From the human T2T-CHM13v2.0 reference genome, Homo sapiens, in assembly GCF_009914755.1 (NCBI RefSeq), contig NC_060934.1: a stretch of 64,000 nucleotides of DNA. One strand, given 5' to 3'. Position numbers and translations under genes: made by a program. The notes under the pieces are model-generated. The model was not told the DNA's origin and ran no database searches. It worked only from the letters and a program-made list of their open reading frames with translations. Below are positions 1-15,064 of the stretch, one piece after another (the stretch's first letter is position 1; each line of letters begins with the position of its first letter).

Positions 1-193
1 TAAACTTCTCTTTAAAACAGTCAAGCCAAAAAAATACATTGTGATATTGGTGGAAAGATTTCAAAGATATGCCTTATTCTTTATTTCAAGTGAAAAAATA
101 AAAATAAAGCAAAAAATACCATTTGCCATTCACGACAAGAGTAATTTACATTAAAATTGAGGTCACCTAGGCACCAGCACAACACCCTGGCTT

Positions 194-791
194 TGTAACC
201 ATCTGAAGGGTTCTTCCTGCCTGCTACACAAAGATCATGGCATTGTAGTAAAGAAAGAGTTTAATAGACATAAGGCCAGCCACAATTCTCATCCAAAGCT
301 TATAGGTTAGGGATTTTTCAGAGGCAGTTTGGGGGAAGTGGTGGAGGTCGCTAGGCTTGCTGCTGATTAGTTGGGGCAGAGATGAAATCACAAGGGGTGA
401 AGCTGTCCTCTTGCACATTGAGTCACTTCTGGGTGGGGCTGTAGGAATGGTGGGTGTCAGACATGCAAAAAAACCCTGAAAAGATATCTCAAAAGGCCAG
501 TCTACAATAGTGGTGTTATCTGCAGGAATAATTGGGGAAGTTGCATATCTTATAACCTTCTGAATAATAACTGATAATAGTTCATGTCTGCACCTTAGCA
601 GGACCCAGGCTCCTCTCCTCCTGCCAGCCTGATGCAAAAGCAGTTGAGTTTGGGGGAAGGCCTATGATAATTTAAACTATAGCCTAAATGTCCCAAAAGC
701 CCAAGAATAATCAAGGCAAGACTGGGGATGGATTAGCTCAGATCTCTTTCACTGTCATAATTTTCTCACTAACTTTTGCAAAGTTTTTTCA
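194..791 (-). mobile_element. Solo LTR, ERV1/MER4 group (LTR8/LTR26-like)
   Basis: TG...CA termini flanked by a 4-bp duplication GCTT (190-193, 792-795). The minus strand starts TGAAAAAACTTTGCAAAAG...AATTATGACAGTGAAAGAGATC, typical of this LTR group. Confidence 0.75.
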
Positions 792-1238
792 GCTTTGAAA
801 ATAAGATTGAATTTGCCAGTTTCACCTCTTTCTACTCCTGTTATACTGTGATAGAGTTCCCAAACAACCCCTATTGCTATCTCTATCAATTCCATACAAC
901 AAACCTATACTCAATCTCTACTAGGCACAAAACAATTCCTATTTTCAACAACTGTACAGATGGTTGGGAAAACAAATGTGAGAATTATTTGGTAAAGCTC
1001 CATACCAGAAGAGAATTATAGTATCTAAAAACTCTAAGTGTAGCAGAGAGAAATTACTGACAAATTCTCTCACAGTGTGGAGGGCTGTGCTTGGCACTAA
1101 ATGATGAACAGGATTTTTCCTATCCAAAAGAAGGGGCATTCTAGGTAGAGGGAAAAGCATGTACAAAAGCTGGGGGGTCTAGGAGGCAGGCAGAAGTCAA
1201 GGATAAAGGGCTTTGTATGCCTGTTAAGAAGTAATGGT

Positions 1239-1534
1239 GGCCAGGTGCGGTGGCTCACGCTTGTAATCCCAGCACTTTTGGGAGCCGAGGCGGGCGGATC
1301 ACTTGAAGCCAGGAGTTTGAGACCAGCCTGGCCAACATGGCAAAACCCTGTCTCTCCTAAAAATACAAAAATTAGCTGGGCCTGGTGGTGCACGCCTGTA
1401 GTCCCAGCTACTCAGAAGGCTGAGGCAGGAGAATCGCTTGAACCCAAGAGGCGGAAGTTGCAGGAGCCGAGATCACACCACTGTACTCCAGCCTGGGTGA
1501 CAGACTGAAACTCCATCTCAAAAGAAAAAAAAAA
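1239..1534 (+). mobile_element. Alu, full-length dimer
   Basis: GGCCAGGTGCGGTGGCTCACG start, A-rich linker, A tail, AAGTAATGGT duplicated on both sides. Confidence 0.95.
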
Positions 1535-2472
1535 GTAATGGTGATGGTGATTCAGTCAGAAAGCATCAAGCATCAGGACAATTGATAAAAGATTAGAGGG
1601 CAGTGCAGAAAATGAAACGCAGGTGAGGAGATAATGACTATCAACCAGTAAAGAAACTCCTGGAATTGTTCCGATGAAAGCTAGTATTTCAAAACAGAGA
1701 GGCAGAGATGGAGAAAGACAGGGAAGTTTTTCTTTAAAAACCAAAAATAAAACAAGACTGGGTGATAATACTGAACATACGAGATTGAAAGAAAGGGGAG
1801 ACGACAAAATGCTGTAGGCTTTCTGCCTTATTTAAGGAAGTCAAAATCCAGCTTATAGTATTGATCTTGCTCATGAAGTTTCAGATAGGTAATTCTAAAA
1901 AGCCTATTTTCCTTTAGACTGTCCAATTATGATGACATGTATCAAAGTTAACTTATGACTACAATGGGCTGGGCATAAAGAACAGGAAGTCTGGTGTACA
2001 CAACTTAGAATGCATCTGGAGTACAAAAGGAAGAAAGAGGCAAGATCTACTTCCTATTCCATGGGGCATCTGGAAAACTCCCTCAGGCGACCGCTCCATC
2101 CAAACACCTGGGATCTTTCTCAACCTTCTGATTTCTGTCACGAGGGCATCCAGCATAGTCCTGGCAACGCCGTAGGATCAGGGAGCATCAAATGAGATGG
2201 CACCTGGGGAAGGCCCGTGTGGCCCAGCGTCCACCACTAACGCCGTTCAATATCTACCTCAACTCCCCTCTAACGCGAGAATGTGTATGAGAGAGGCAGG
2301 GAGAGTTCGGAGTAAAATTAACCCGAATGGACAGCGCTTCCGCCGCGTTCGCTGCCACAAATGCTGCAGACCCGACGGAGTGGAGGCAGAAAAGGCCCTG
2401 GCGTCCACTCGGGAAAGAACGAGGTCAGGAGTCGGTCCTGCACATCGCGTAGAGCGAAGAGACGACACCTAC

Positions 2473-2620
2473 CTGACCATAGACGCTCCCCATCCGCCCA
2501 GCAACCGTGGTCCATGCTGCCTGCGTCCACCGCCAGCGTCGAAAAACCGCCGTGGTGCCCGCGCACAGTGCACCGCGCCTGCGCATGGTCTCCAAAGGCT
2601 GAGCGAGGGCCTGCCAGTGC
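2473..2620 (-). other. FAM24B: Probable non-coding first exon of the divergent gene (FAM24B / FAM24B-CUZD1)
   Basis: Minus-strand donor CAG|GTAGGT with the exon ending at 2473 inside the CpG island. Gene identity comes from recalled locus order; the 5' end is approximate. Confidence 0.5.
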
Positions 2621-2838
2621 GCATGCTCCGCTCTTTAGCGCTTCCTGAGCAAAGTTTGAACGCCTCTCGAGTCCAGTTGGCTTATGCGCATGCGTTTCTC
2701 TGGTGCAGGTTCTCACCAAATCCAGAAGCGGCGGGCATTTGAAATGATGTAAGCCGGGAGTCGCTCTGCCTGCCCGTTTCTGCGCTGCACTGGCCGACAC
2801 TTAAGCACTGGAAGAGAGGCCTGGCAGGAGGCGGCGCA

Positions 2839-2999
2839 GTGGACACGCGGTCCGAGGACGGGGGCCTCACCCGCCGCCCCACGCTTGCCTCTTCCTGGGA
2901 TGCCGCAGGCGGGGCCCTAACTCACAGCCTCCTCACCCGGGCTCGTGTCTGCGCCCGCGACTTCGACTGGGAGGAGCTTCTGGCGCCACCTGCGCCACG
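2839..2999 (+). pseudogene. C10orf88B: C10orf88B exon 1 (coding-homologous part)
   Basis: GTG-DTRSEDGGLTRRPTLASSWDAAGGALTHSLL...DFDWEELLAPPAP matches the recalled C10orf88 N-terminus. Donor CG|GTGCGC, phase 2. Confidence 0.85.
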
Positions 3000-3658
3000 G
3001 TGCGCCGGGCCGCCGGCGACCGGGTCGCTGCGCTCGGCGACTGCCGCGCTCCTCGGGGAACGTGAGGGTCTGAGTCCGGGATCCAGGAGAGCAGTTGGTG
3101 TCGGGTCTCTGCGGGGGAGCGGGGCTGCGAGGTGGAGGCGAGGACCGGGGTGGGCGGAGGCGGGGTAGGTCTGGCCGGGAAGTACCCGAGGCCCCGAGGC
3201 ATGAGCGGGGGAAGGTGACCAGGACTTGGAATTTCATAAACGTCCCCGTCAGGCGTGACGGGTCGTCAGGGCTGCTATCAAAGTCAGTCCGCCCATCTAC
3301 CCTCAAACAAGCCACCTCCTCTCCACCAAAACAGGCTGTGTAAAAAGTCCAGCTATAGACGACCGCCGTCGACTTAATTTCGAAAAAGATACACTTTGTC
3401 TTCTATTGTGTTCTGCTCCTACTCCTGTGCACACAGTAGGTGTCCAGTAATGTATCCGAGAATCAATTGCAGGGGACTGAGTAGAACGTTGATGATTGAG
3501 GAAAAAATAGAGGGGGAAGCCCTGATGTGTGATGCCTCCATTTCCTTATGAATTCTGTGTTGAGCATTTGTTAGAATAAACCTCATGGCCTAACAAGTGG
3601 GTTTTGAGCCATGTTCAGAAACTATACTGTGTGATGTTTTCACCTGTTTTCTTCTCAG

Positions 3659-3862
3659 CCAGAATCTGGTGATTTAGAAGAGAAGATTGAACAACCAAGA
3701 TGAAAACCCCTGCTTCCTTTACCTGAGGTGTGGCCCTGATGGAGGTGAAGAAATCGCTTCTATTGGCATTTTAAGTTCAGCAAGAAATATGGAAGTGTAC
3801 TTAGGAGAGGAGTACTGTGGAACCAGTAGGGGCAAGAATGTTTGTACTGTCTTGGATGACAG
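3659..3862 (+). pseudogene. C10orf88B: C10orf88B exon 2
   Basis: Acceptor TTTTCTTCTCAG. Reads QNLVI*KRRLNNQDENPCFLYLRCGPDGGEEIASIGILSSARNMEVYLGEEYCGTSRGKNVCTVLDD. The phase-matched donor position reads TTGTGT instead of GT. Confidence 0.85.
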
Positions 3863-4585
3863 TTGTGTGACTTGTACACGGGAAAGTGTTCTCCTGAATT
3901 GGTGTCTTTATTCTGTTCACCTTTTGCAATATTGATTGACTCTCTGACATTGATGTTTACATTAGAGAAGAGAAGATAAAAACCTACTATGGCATAGAAG
4001 GTTAGACCATTAAAGCATCTTCTAGGCAATCTAGTTCAGCTTCCTCATTTTTAGGAATGCAGAAATTTAGAGCTAATAAAGGAGAGGTGAGCCTGGAGAG
4101 GGTCATACTAGTTAAAGTGTCCAGGCAAGAGTGCAGTCCTTATTGCTGCTTCTTGACTCTCTCCATAAACTCACAATGGTCTGTTTTCCAGAAATTAATT
4201 TGACAGTCAGTCTGAAACTTTGATCACATATTTTGTAAGGAACCTACAAGCCCAAGGTGGTGCCACACCAGCCTATTTAGTCCATATTCAATGTGTTATA
4301 GTTTGATCTTTTCCCTAGTCCCTTATAGGAACATTCTACACTAATCGCGCCTTAATATAAATCAAAACGTCAACTATTTTACATATTGTGCATATTGGAA
4401 ATAATAAATACACGACACAGGGTTATTGACCAGGTCACTTGAGAAGGGATCTCAACTGTTTGTCCCCTACCAGGCAAACTGAATCTCAGGATTTAAGTAA
4501 TGGCCTGGAAACAATTTTTTTTTACTGCAGCTGTTTAAACTGATAATTTATATAAGTGAAAAAATAATTTTTATTCTATTTTCAG

Positions 4586-4655
4586 TAAACGCGAAATTAT
4601 TTTCTACAAAAATTACTTAATATTGGCATCCTCCACTCATGCCTGTAAAATAAAG
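4586..4655 (+). pseudogene. C10orf88B: C10orf88B exon 3 (absent from ORF track)
   Basis: TTTTCAG acceptor, KREIIFYKNYLILASSTHACKIK, donor AAG|GTAGGT. Confidence 0.85.
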
Positions 4656-5109
4656 GTAGGTCATCACTAAATTTTAACTAATTTGACAATTGCAAATGTA
4701 TGTATAATATACTTATGTACTGTTGGTTTGTTCATACAGTTAGTCCAACTTAGTCCTTGTTTATCTTTATATGAAACTATGGTGCCAAGAAAACCACGTT
4801 TTGTCCCCATTATGTTTAAAAAGACAAGAATTAGAGAAGTTGCAGAGAAAAGCACCTAAAAGCTATTTGGACTGGTACCCTGAATATGAAAAATATTGTT
4901 GAGGTGAACTTTAGTGATGTCATCAGAGTTAAGAGTACTGAGCTACAAATAGCCCAAGGTATTAATGCAGTTCTGTTAGTTACTGCCTGAGTGACCTTGG
5001 GAAAATCTCTACATTTCTTTGGACCTACCTCATGGGTAAATTAGAAGACTAAAGAAAATAAAGCATTGTATTCTTTTTGTCTCCACATTATACAGGGTTG
5101 TGAGACTTA

Positions 5110-5277
<168 letters not shown>

Positions 5278-6712
5278 TTAATGATTTTTATAGCAGGCAA
5301 GTAACAAACTTACAGATCAGATTGTTCCAAGACATTGTTTTAGGTAGTATATATTAATCGCTTCCAAAGTCATTTAAATAAAGTGATTTATTCAACAAAT
5401 ATTTGAGTGCCTACTGATACCAGATACAGACTGTAGTAGGCATTTAGGAAGCAGCAGTAATAAAATGGAGCAACTACCCTTGTGTTGCTTATATTCAAAT
5501 GGGATGAGACAGGTAATGAGCACACTCTGAATAAAATTGTGTTTTGTTTGGTGGTGAGAAAGGCTATAAGGATTAAGAAGCAGAAAGGGGATAAGAGAGA
5601 GGATGAGAGGCGACTGTTTAAATTTAACAGTGTTTTCTTAATTGTGAAGGATGGTCACATCTTTGGTGCCATGGGTCTGAATTGACCTGTGTCTTTGGGT
5701 TACATATGGTTCTGTGTGTCTCTCTGAAGATGAGTATTTTTTGTAACTATTCTATGGAAGTATATGTGAGTGCAAAGGGTCATTTCATTTAGGAAAATCC
5801 CAAGCCTACTAAAGCTTATTCTGAGGCAGCAGAATATGAAAGTTACAAAAATAGTTACTGATGAATATTTTCAAATACTTACTCATTGGAAATTTTAGCA
5901 CATAATCCCAACCACCATGTGAAATCACTGATATGATCCTCCCTCATGTTAATTCTGATTTGTGTTTTGGCATTTGTCCAGGATCATACAGGCTATACAG
6001 AGCAGACTCATAACTGAACTCTGGTTTATCTCATTCTAAATCCTGTTTCCTTTCCATTTTGATACTGTTTTTGGTGCCACACATGAAATGTCTTTTGGTT
6101 CATAAACATGAATGAAGAGAGGCAGCATAAAGCATTGGAGAGGGCACTGTTATAACAGCCAGGAGAGCTAGGTTCTAAGCCTGACTTTTACTAATTGGGT
6201 AATCCTTTGACAAGTTAGAAAATTACCTCTAACTTCATCTTTTTAAATGTGTAAACCAGTGGGTTACGTGAGACCATCTTGACCCTGCCTTATAATTCTA
6301 AATGGCTCATTTATATTTAGTAATTCAGTAAACACTTTGGATGGGCTTCTGAACACCCTTATTTTGTATTAAAGAATATTATAGTAAGCAGCTGTGTGTT
6401 AAAGTCTCAGATTGGCATAGTCTATTCTGAGTTGCTTAAATAAATGAAACTTTAATTTTACCTTCTTTCATATATTTAGTATATTTTTTTAGTTTGAAAA
6501 TGACATTGTCTTATATAAATTGTTCTTCTGAGTTTCATAATAAATTGAAACCTCTGACCATTACTGTATTAGGGAAAACTTGAAAATATATTTAAAGTTT
6601 ATATTTGTTTTCCTGAATACTTTACTCTTGTTGATAATACAAAGGAGTGACCTTAAATAGTGAATATTGTTTAATATTATTATTTATTTTCCTGAACTTT
6701 GTATTGTAATAG

Positions 6713-6919
6713 TTGCGCTCCTTTGGTGAAAGACAGTGTGTGTTCATCAGTAAAGTTGTGATACACATGAGAGCAGTTTCAGCAAATTATTCAACAGGCT
6801 CTCCTGCTGTAAAATCAAGAATAGAACTAGACAGGATCCAAACCATAATGGAGTCCATGGGGTCAAAGTTATCTCCTGGAGCTCAGCAATTGATTAATAT
6901 GGTTAGGTTTCAGCAGTGG
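6713..6919 (+). pseudogene. C10orf88B: C10orf88B exon 4
   Basis: AG acceptor at 6711-6712, open frame LRSFGERQCVFISKVVIHMR...MESMGSKLSPGAQQLINMVRFQQW, donor TGG|GTAAGT. Confidence 0.88.
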
Positions 6920-7516
6920 GTAAGTAGAAATGGATGACTTTCCAGATACCATTAAAAATTATAAGTAATGGCTTTTTATAAATACATGTAGTGATGTAAA
7001 TTTTTTCTTTGAAATTTTGTAATTGATTTAACTGTTATCTTTATTTACTTGTGTAAAAAATAACATTTCATAGACTTGCCCTCCTACAAAATATTTTGAC
7101 TACAAATCTTCACACTTTTTCATGAATTCATTCACACATTCATTCAGCAAGTATTTATTAAGCACCTTCTTAGTGAACAAGGCACTAGTTTGGGTACATT
7201 TCATGATGCAAAGATATCAGTTTATAATTTGTCTTTAAGGATTTACATTCTAGGACATATAAATGGGGAGGGATGAAGAAGATTAGGAAAGGCTCACTAA
7301 AGGAAGTGGTATTTTTATCTAGGCCTTTAAAGGACAGGATTAGGCAAGTAAATTTGGAAGAAGGCCAATTCAGACAAAAAATAGGCTGAATAAAATCTTC
7401 AATGCTAAAAGAATTGGATGTAGCTGAGAAATGAGTAGTAGTTCATTTCTCTGAAGCAGAAGGGGAATAGGGGAAGTTTAAAGTAGATTTCAGCTAGGTC
7501 ATAGTGAGAGCTTTGA

Positions 7517-7822
<306 letters not shown>

Positions 7823-10800
7823 GAGTGCTACTTTAAATTTGTAAGTATTTCCACTGTCATGTGTAAGGTAAATCAAAAGAAAGTGAGACTACAAGGAGAA
7901 GACCAGCTACACGTTATTCCCCTCATCCAGATGAGCGAGAATGAGGGTCTAAGATTGAACATAGTAACATGATGCTGTATGGTGAAATGCTAAAACAATG
8001 GAGCTGTTGGGACTTTACAACTAACTTAATATTGGTGTTGTGGGAGAAAAATAGAGTCAAATGTGAAATTGAGGCTTTAAGGATGGCAATACAAATAATC
8101 TAAATTCAACCCAAGGAAGGAGGATGCTTGGGGGGAAGAAAAGTTTAGTTTTTGGAATATTGAGTTTTAGCTGTGAATAAAACATTCCCTGGGAGGATGT
8201 TGCAAACATCTGAAAACAGAGGATTAGGAGAAATGGAATGAACCTTAAGTGGCTGGAAGGGAAGTTTAGAGGTGTATCCACAGTAGCTGATGGAGTGTGG
8301 TGAAGAGAGGGACTGAAGCAAGGAAGAAAGATCCTTGGAGAATAGCTGCATTTGTACAGATACAGGGAGAGGAAAAAGGAACCAGAAATGTAGAAGGTAG
8401 CAGAGGGATAGAGTAGCAAGAGAAAGGATTTGATGTCAGGTAAAATTACCTCAAGCTCTTGTCCTGTCTCCTCTTAGTTCTGCATCCTTTGGGCAAGTTG
8501 ATTCATTTTTTTTTTTTAACACAAATTCTTCATGTGCAAAATCTAAATCTAAGTGGTAACACTGTAACAATCACAGGATTGATGTAAAAATTTAAAATAA
8601 ATAACGCAAGTAAAGAACTCCTTGTAGATGTGTGGCCTACAGATATTAATGTAGTGCCGCTATTACCATGTGGGCTGAGTTAAGAGAACAAGGAGAGCTG
8701 AAGTTATGGAAAAGACGGAAGAGTTCCAAAAAAGATGGAAATGTGTACTTTTCTTCCTCCCACACCGTGATCTCACCTGGATACCTCAGGAGGTTCCTAA
8801 CTGGTCCTCCAGCTCTGCTAAAATCCATTCTCCACAGTGCACTCAGAATGGCCTCAAAGTTCTCATCCTGTATAAGACTTTCTCACTGCTTCCCATCACA
8901 CTTAGAATTAATCTTGATTCCTGACCCTGATCTCTAAGGTGTAGGCCCTTCTTGCCTCCTCAACCTCATCTCCTGCCATGTTTCCTTGGGCAGCTTGCTC
9001 CAGACATTCTGATGTATGCATTCTATAAATATCCAAATGTGTTTCTACCTCAGGACCTTTACACTTACAACTGTTTTCTTTCCCTAAATCTTGGCATAAC
9101 TGACTTTGTCCTATCAGATTTTGGCTTAAATGTTACAGCCTTAATGAGATCTTCCCTAACCACCCAGTTTTAAGTAGGCTTTCCCTCCAAATCTATATCA
9201 TGTTTTCTTCGGAGCCCTCTTGACTATTTTTACTGTTGTTTATGTATTGGTCTGTTTATCTCATTAAAATAAGCTTTATGCAATAGACACCTGGTCTTTC
9301 TTGTTTATGGTATGGAATATATGTACGATAAATGTGCCCTTTGGATTATCAATTAAGGACTCCTTGGAGATCTTCGGGGGGTCAGTTTGAATAGTGATGA
9401 GGTGGAAATCAGATTTTCAGGGATTTGATAGTAAATGGGTTTTTGGAATGTGGAGGTACCCAGGGTAACATGGGTTTATTTCAAGAAAGAGATAAGGAAC
9501 TTCAAGAATCTCTTGAAATGTTTATAAAATGCAGATTCTTGGCCCTCACCAGTGCCCTGAATCCTAGGGAGTGGGATCCAGGAATCAGTATTTTAAACAA
9601 GCATCTCCAGATGAGTCTTATGCATAGTGTATTACGAATATAAACTCTATCTGTCTAGAGTTTTCTACGCATATAGAAGCAAGTTCCTTCCAGTCAGTAG
9701 ATTGTGTTGTAACCAATTCCCACCCCCTGTTCCCCCCAGCACACACTCTAAATCATTACATCTGGAGACATTTGGGGAACACCCTGGAGAAGAAATAAAG
9801 TTAATTCTTCCTTTAAACATGCTAATAAAAGACTTACTTCCTAGTAAGAAAGTTCTTATTTATGGAGTTAACAAACCAGACATCTATATATTGTCTCCCT
9901 AGAAAATGTCATATAAGCTTTGTAACTATCTGAGCATAAAATGGGGATGTTTCATGACTAAAACAACTCCTGTGTAATGGTGTAACCATACACATTGTCT
10001 AGGCAGGGTCTGTCCTGGAGAAAGGAAGCACCTGGGGACCTGTGTTGGAAGTCTCAGCCCCTCAGCTTTACTTCTGAATTGAGATTACTTGCTTTCTTGA
10101 AAGTTTTACTAAAGTTTAGTACTCTGAGTCATGTAAGTCTGAAATGGTCATCTGTGTGATATCTTGATAAATATAAAGGTTCTTATTTCCTTGTGTTTGA
10201 AGTTTAGATTGCTGGCTTTGTTTTTGCTTCACAATTTAGAATATTGAGTAGGAATTCCATATCAAAGTGTGTAGTATACTGTTGTCATTTAATATTATCT
10301 GAATGAAAGAATGGTGCACCCCATTTTCTCAAAATATATTCCATTATGATTTATACTGTTTACTTTTTCCCCTTCCAAATAAAAATAACTTTTTCTTGTT
10401 TTTTCAAAATGATATATGAATGTTTTATAAGTAAAACTTATTTCATAAATCCCATAAGATATTCAGAGATAAAACACTTGATTTTTCAGAAATGTCACTT
10501 ATATGAAATTACATGTATGCAATATATGAAGTTATGTATACACACATATATAGTTCTTTACATGTTCATATATATTGACACAATTCTGCATAAATATTTT
10601 TCATGTTCCTTTATGCTGCTCTATAGTCATTTTCCTCTAACATGAGATGGGCCACATTCTAAGCAAGAAGTATATCCCTATGTCATTTTTAATGACTATA
10701 TACTATGTCACTTTATGAGTATTTTGTACTTATTTAATCACTGCTAGATTAGTGAGTATTTAGGCTCCTCAAATTTTTTGGTATTATGATTAGCACTGCT

Positions 10801-11256
10801 AAGCAGAAACTTCTAAGAAAATTGTCAATTCTTGTGACTCAGTTGAGAGTACTGCATTTTATTACTGCAAATTAAAGAAGTCTTTGTAGTGGAAACATTG
10901 AAATACGCCAATGCCATTTTACTAACCATTCTATATTTATTTTAATATATTTTTAGAAAAAACTACAGTTAAATGATTAAAAGCCCCAGCTGTGGGGTTA
11001 AGTGGCCTGAGTTCATGTTGCAGTTCTGCCACTTACTGGGTGTGTTACTTTGGCCAGGCCACCTTTAGCCTTGGTCTCCTCAATTTAATTTAATATAAAG
11101 TGATAGTAATATTACCCTACTTCATAAGGATGTTTTGTGGATTAGATGAAATAGTGCACAGTGCCTGACTCATACTCCAAAAGTTAGCTGTTAATTACTC
11201 TAAAAGGTAGCTGACAAGATTACTAATATTAACATTTACTTATTTATCTTGTTTAG

Positions 11257-11711
11257 AATTGTATTCCTATTGAAGAGCAGCTTCAGTTGGTGTTGGGCAA
11301 TGCTGGATACAAGCAAATGACTGGACTACAATGCTCATCTGCCTTAGGAGCCTTAGACAAGTCATCCTCCACACCTTTCCCTTTTAGAACTGGATTGACA
11401 TCTGGAAACGTGACTGAAAACTTACAAGCGTACATTGATAAAAGCACACAGGCATCTAGTGGAGAGAATTCTACAAAGCTTGATGAGTGTAAAATTGTGC
11501 CACAAAACCATTCCCTTCTTGAAAATGATCTTAAAAATGCAACATCCCCTTTCTTACCAAAGAAAGCAAATGACAACTCAAATATACCTAACTCTGAGTT
11601 GCTGCCTTTTCTCCAGAATTTATGTAGTCAAGTTAACTATCTCCTTGTGGGACGTAAGGCCGAGTGACAGGAAAACACCACCAAGCCTGATGAAGGCATT
11701 CTTGGTGTTGG
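11257..11711 (+). pseudogene. C10orf88B: C10orf88B exon 5
   Basis: GTTTAG acceptor and GG|GTAAGT donor. Colinear with 61143-60689 on -. TGA at 11665-11667 where the intact copy has TGT (Cys). Confidence 0.93.
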
Positions 11712-14710
11712 GTAAGTATTGTTTTAACACAGATGTAGTTTTGATTTGGTAGGTGGGAGAATTAGATGAAGAGAAAAAGAAGCAGATTTGTCTCAATGAG
11801 TACTGCCTAAAATCTGTTTCAATAGAAAATTCTAGCAGCTTTTTTTTTTTTTACAGCTTACTATTAATATACTCGTAGGTAATAACTATTCTACAGAGAA
11901 TAGATTGTTTTGAAAGAAGTGCCTGTGCCTGTAACTGGAGGTGTTGCACACTTGCCAGGCATTTTGTGAGTTACAAGCATAGCTAATGGTTGAAGTTGAA
12001 AGTGATCCATACGAATGGAGAGCAGCTGTGGGAACCATAATATGTATATTTTTTTTCCTGATGGTACCAAATGAGCCATCATAACAGATTTTCTTTGTAA
12101 ATCACATTTGACCTAGGCTAATTTTGAAGTCATCAAAAAATGTATTAACATTCTAATTATTTATAGCATATAGGCCCTTATACCCTGGTCTCATAATTCC
12201 AAGTTTGTGACAGTCCTGATTTGATTGAGGAATGGCTGAGTATTTAGTATGTTCCCCATTCTTTACATAGATATAGCGTGCTGAAATATTGCACTAGGCT
12301 AGAATTCAGGACTCAGTCAGAGACCTGGCTTAACTATTTTGCCTTACTGGTTAAATCTTTTGATTTTTTTTTTCAATGTGTAAAGTTAGATATTTGTATT
12401 GGTTGAGATTTGTTTAAGGTTTCCAACAGTGTTAAAGTTTTAAGAATTTAATTTATTTAAATAAAGGTGGTTCTTAGGATATAGAAAGATAACATTAGTG
12501 TTCAATAATTGGCGGTCTACATCAATGATAATTACTTGTTATATGAGATGGCATAGTCTTCAATTGTTGATAGTCTGTATCAATGATAACTAGTTGTTAT
12601 GTGTAATGGCAAAAAAAAAAATCAAAAGACTATACAGTATACAGGGATTCAAAAACTGCTTGGGACACTTCTGGGTCCAGCTGAGATAGAACATTGCCAT
12701 TCCTCTCAGATCCTCATTTTACAAATAAAAATCCTTGGACATAGCACAACGAAGAAACATACAAGGACTGTTAAAGGTAGAAAGAAGTCAGACTCTTAGG
12801 GACTGTGGGATTTGAGGAGCAATGCAATGTTGAGTTTTTCTGCCTTCCATATATCTTGGATGGGGTGCCAAAGAAGTCTGCAACCTGGGACAACCAGTGG
12901 GGACAAAAATTAAGAGCTTCAAGAAAAGCCTATTCCTTCTAACCAAAGGACCAGGAAAAGGGAGTCCTAACAAAACAAAACCTTTCAATAATACTTGTCT
13001 ACTCCAGTCAAACACCAATGGAAATACTGCCCTCCTGCCTGCCCTGTTGAATGAGGCAGTTGTACTCTGGTTTCTCTACTGGGGTGGTATCAGCAAGCTA
13101 AATGGTGAGCTGTTCTTCCATCTCTCAGTCAGAAGAAGTGGGCAGCATTCCAATTCTGCTACTGGGTGGTATCAACAGAGCCGAGTAGAAGCTAAACTTC
13201 CAGCCCCTGCTCAGCTGAAACAAGCAGTACTTCAGTTCTACCAGGGTGATGTCACCACTGCCCCACAAAATCAGACGATACTTTAATTTTCTAGCTGGGG
13301 TGTTATAAGGAGAGGAAGGGAGAGTTTGGAGCTGAAAAAATATCTGAAGAAATAATGGTTGAAGTTTCCCCAAAGCTGAAATGGGGAAAGGCGTGAACTC
13401 ACAGATTCAAGAAGCTGAGTAAGTCCTACACAGGATAAATTCAAATACGTCTATGCCAAGTCATATCATAATTTTTTGAAAATGAAAAAATAAAAAATAA
13501 ATTCTAAAAGAAAGCTGGAGAGAAACAACATATTCTCATAGAGAAATACCAAGTTTGTTGACAGCTGATTTCTCATCTGAAATTATGGTGGCCAATAAGA
13601 AGAGGCACATTTTTCAAGTGCTGTAAAAGAACTGTGAGTCACAAATTGTATATCCAGCAAAAATATCCGTTAGGAACAAACAGCAAGTAAAGACAGTCTC
13701 AAATAAATGAAAACAGATTATTTTGCACTGGCAGGCCTACCCTTAAAGAATGGATAAAGCAAGTTATCCAAGGAAATGATGACAAAAGAATGCTTAGAAC
13801 TTCAGAAAGGAAGAAAGATCAATGGAATGGATAAAAACAGAGGTAAATATGACAGGCTATCCTTCTCATAAGTCTCTTAAATCATATTTGATGGTTGAAG
13901 TAAAAGTTATAACACCATATGATGTGGTACTTAATATATGTAGAGGAAGTATCTAAGATAATTATATTTTAATAATTACTATAAATATAAATGGCTAGAT
14001 TCACCAATTAAAAGAAATGTATAGAATGGGTTATAAAATACAACCCAACTATATGCAGTTGACAAAACACACTTTTCAAATATAATGACGTAGGTAGGTC
14101 AAAAGTAGGAAGATATGCCATGAAAACATTAATTTTTTAAAAAGCAGAAGTCGTATATTAGTATCAGGTGAAGCAGGCTTCAGAGCAAAGAAATTCACTA
14201 GATAAAAAGAGGGACATTACATAATAATAAAAAGACAATGACATAGTGATCCTAAATGGGTATGCAGTAAACAGAGGTTCAAACTACATGAAGCAGAAAA
14301 CTGATAGATACAAAAGGATCAATGGACATAACCATAATTATAGTTGAATACCTAACACCCCACGCTCAGTTATTGATAGAACTGTTAGACAAAATTATAG
14401 GAAAGATATAGAACTGAATAGCACACTATCAGTCATCAGGATCTATTTGACATTTGTAAAACACTCCATTTCAGCCATTTCGAAAGTTAATGTAATCTAC
14501 CATTTCAGCGGACTAGAAGAAAATTCATATGACTATATAAATTAACACAGAAAAGTATTTTTAAAATTCTAACACCAATCTATGATGAAAGAAACTCAGA
14601 AAACTAGAAATTGAGAGGAGCTGCCTCAACTTCATAAAGGATATCTACAAGAAACCTATAGCTAACATAATACTTAATGGTGAAAGACTGAATGCGTCCC
14701 TCCTAAGTGA

Positions 14711-15064
<354 letters not shown>

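Larger units (their letters stand above)
2230..3380. promoter_or_regulatory. CpG island, probable bidirectional promoter with NRF1-type motifs
   Basis: Strongly CpG/GC-rich against AT-rich flanks. TGCGCATG(C/G) motifs at ~2580, ~2618 and ~2685. It contains exon 1 of the + strand pseudogene and a strong - strand splice donor. Confidence 0.85.

Noticed and set aside
1097-1508. Alu-derived ORFs here and at 7517, 14674, 15933, 17923, 36916, 52853 and 56146
   Set aside because: Standard Alu translations, not genes.
2197-3343. Many overlapping 66-181 aa ORFs on both strands
   Set aside because: Expected from stop-codon scarcity in a CpG island. Only the 2839 frame matches a recognisable protein.
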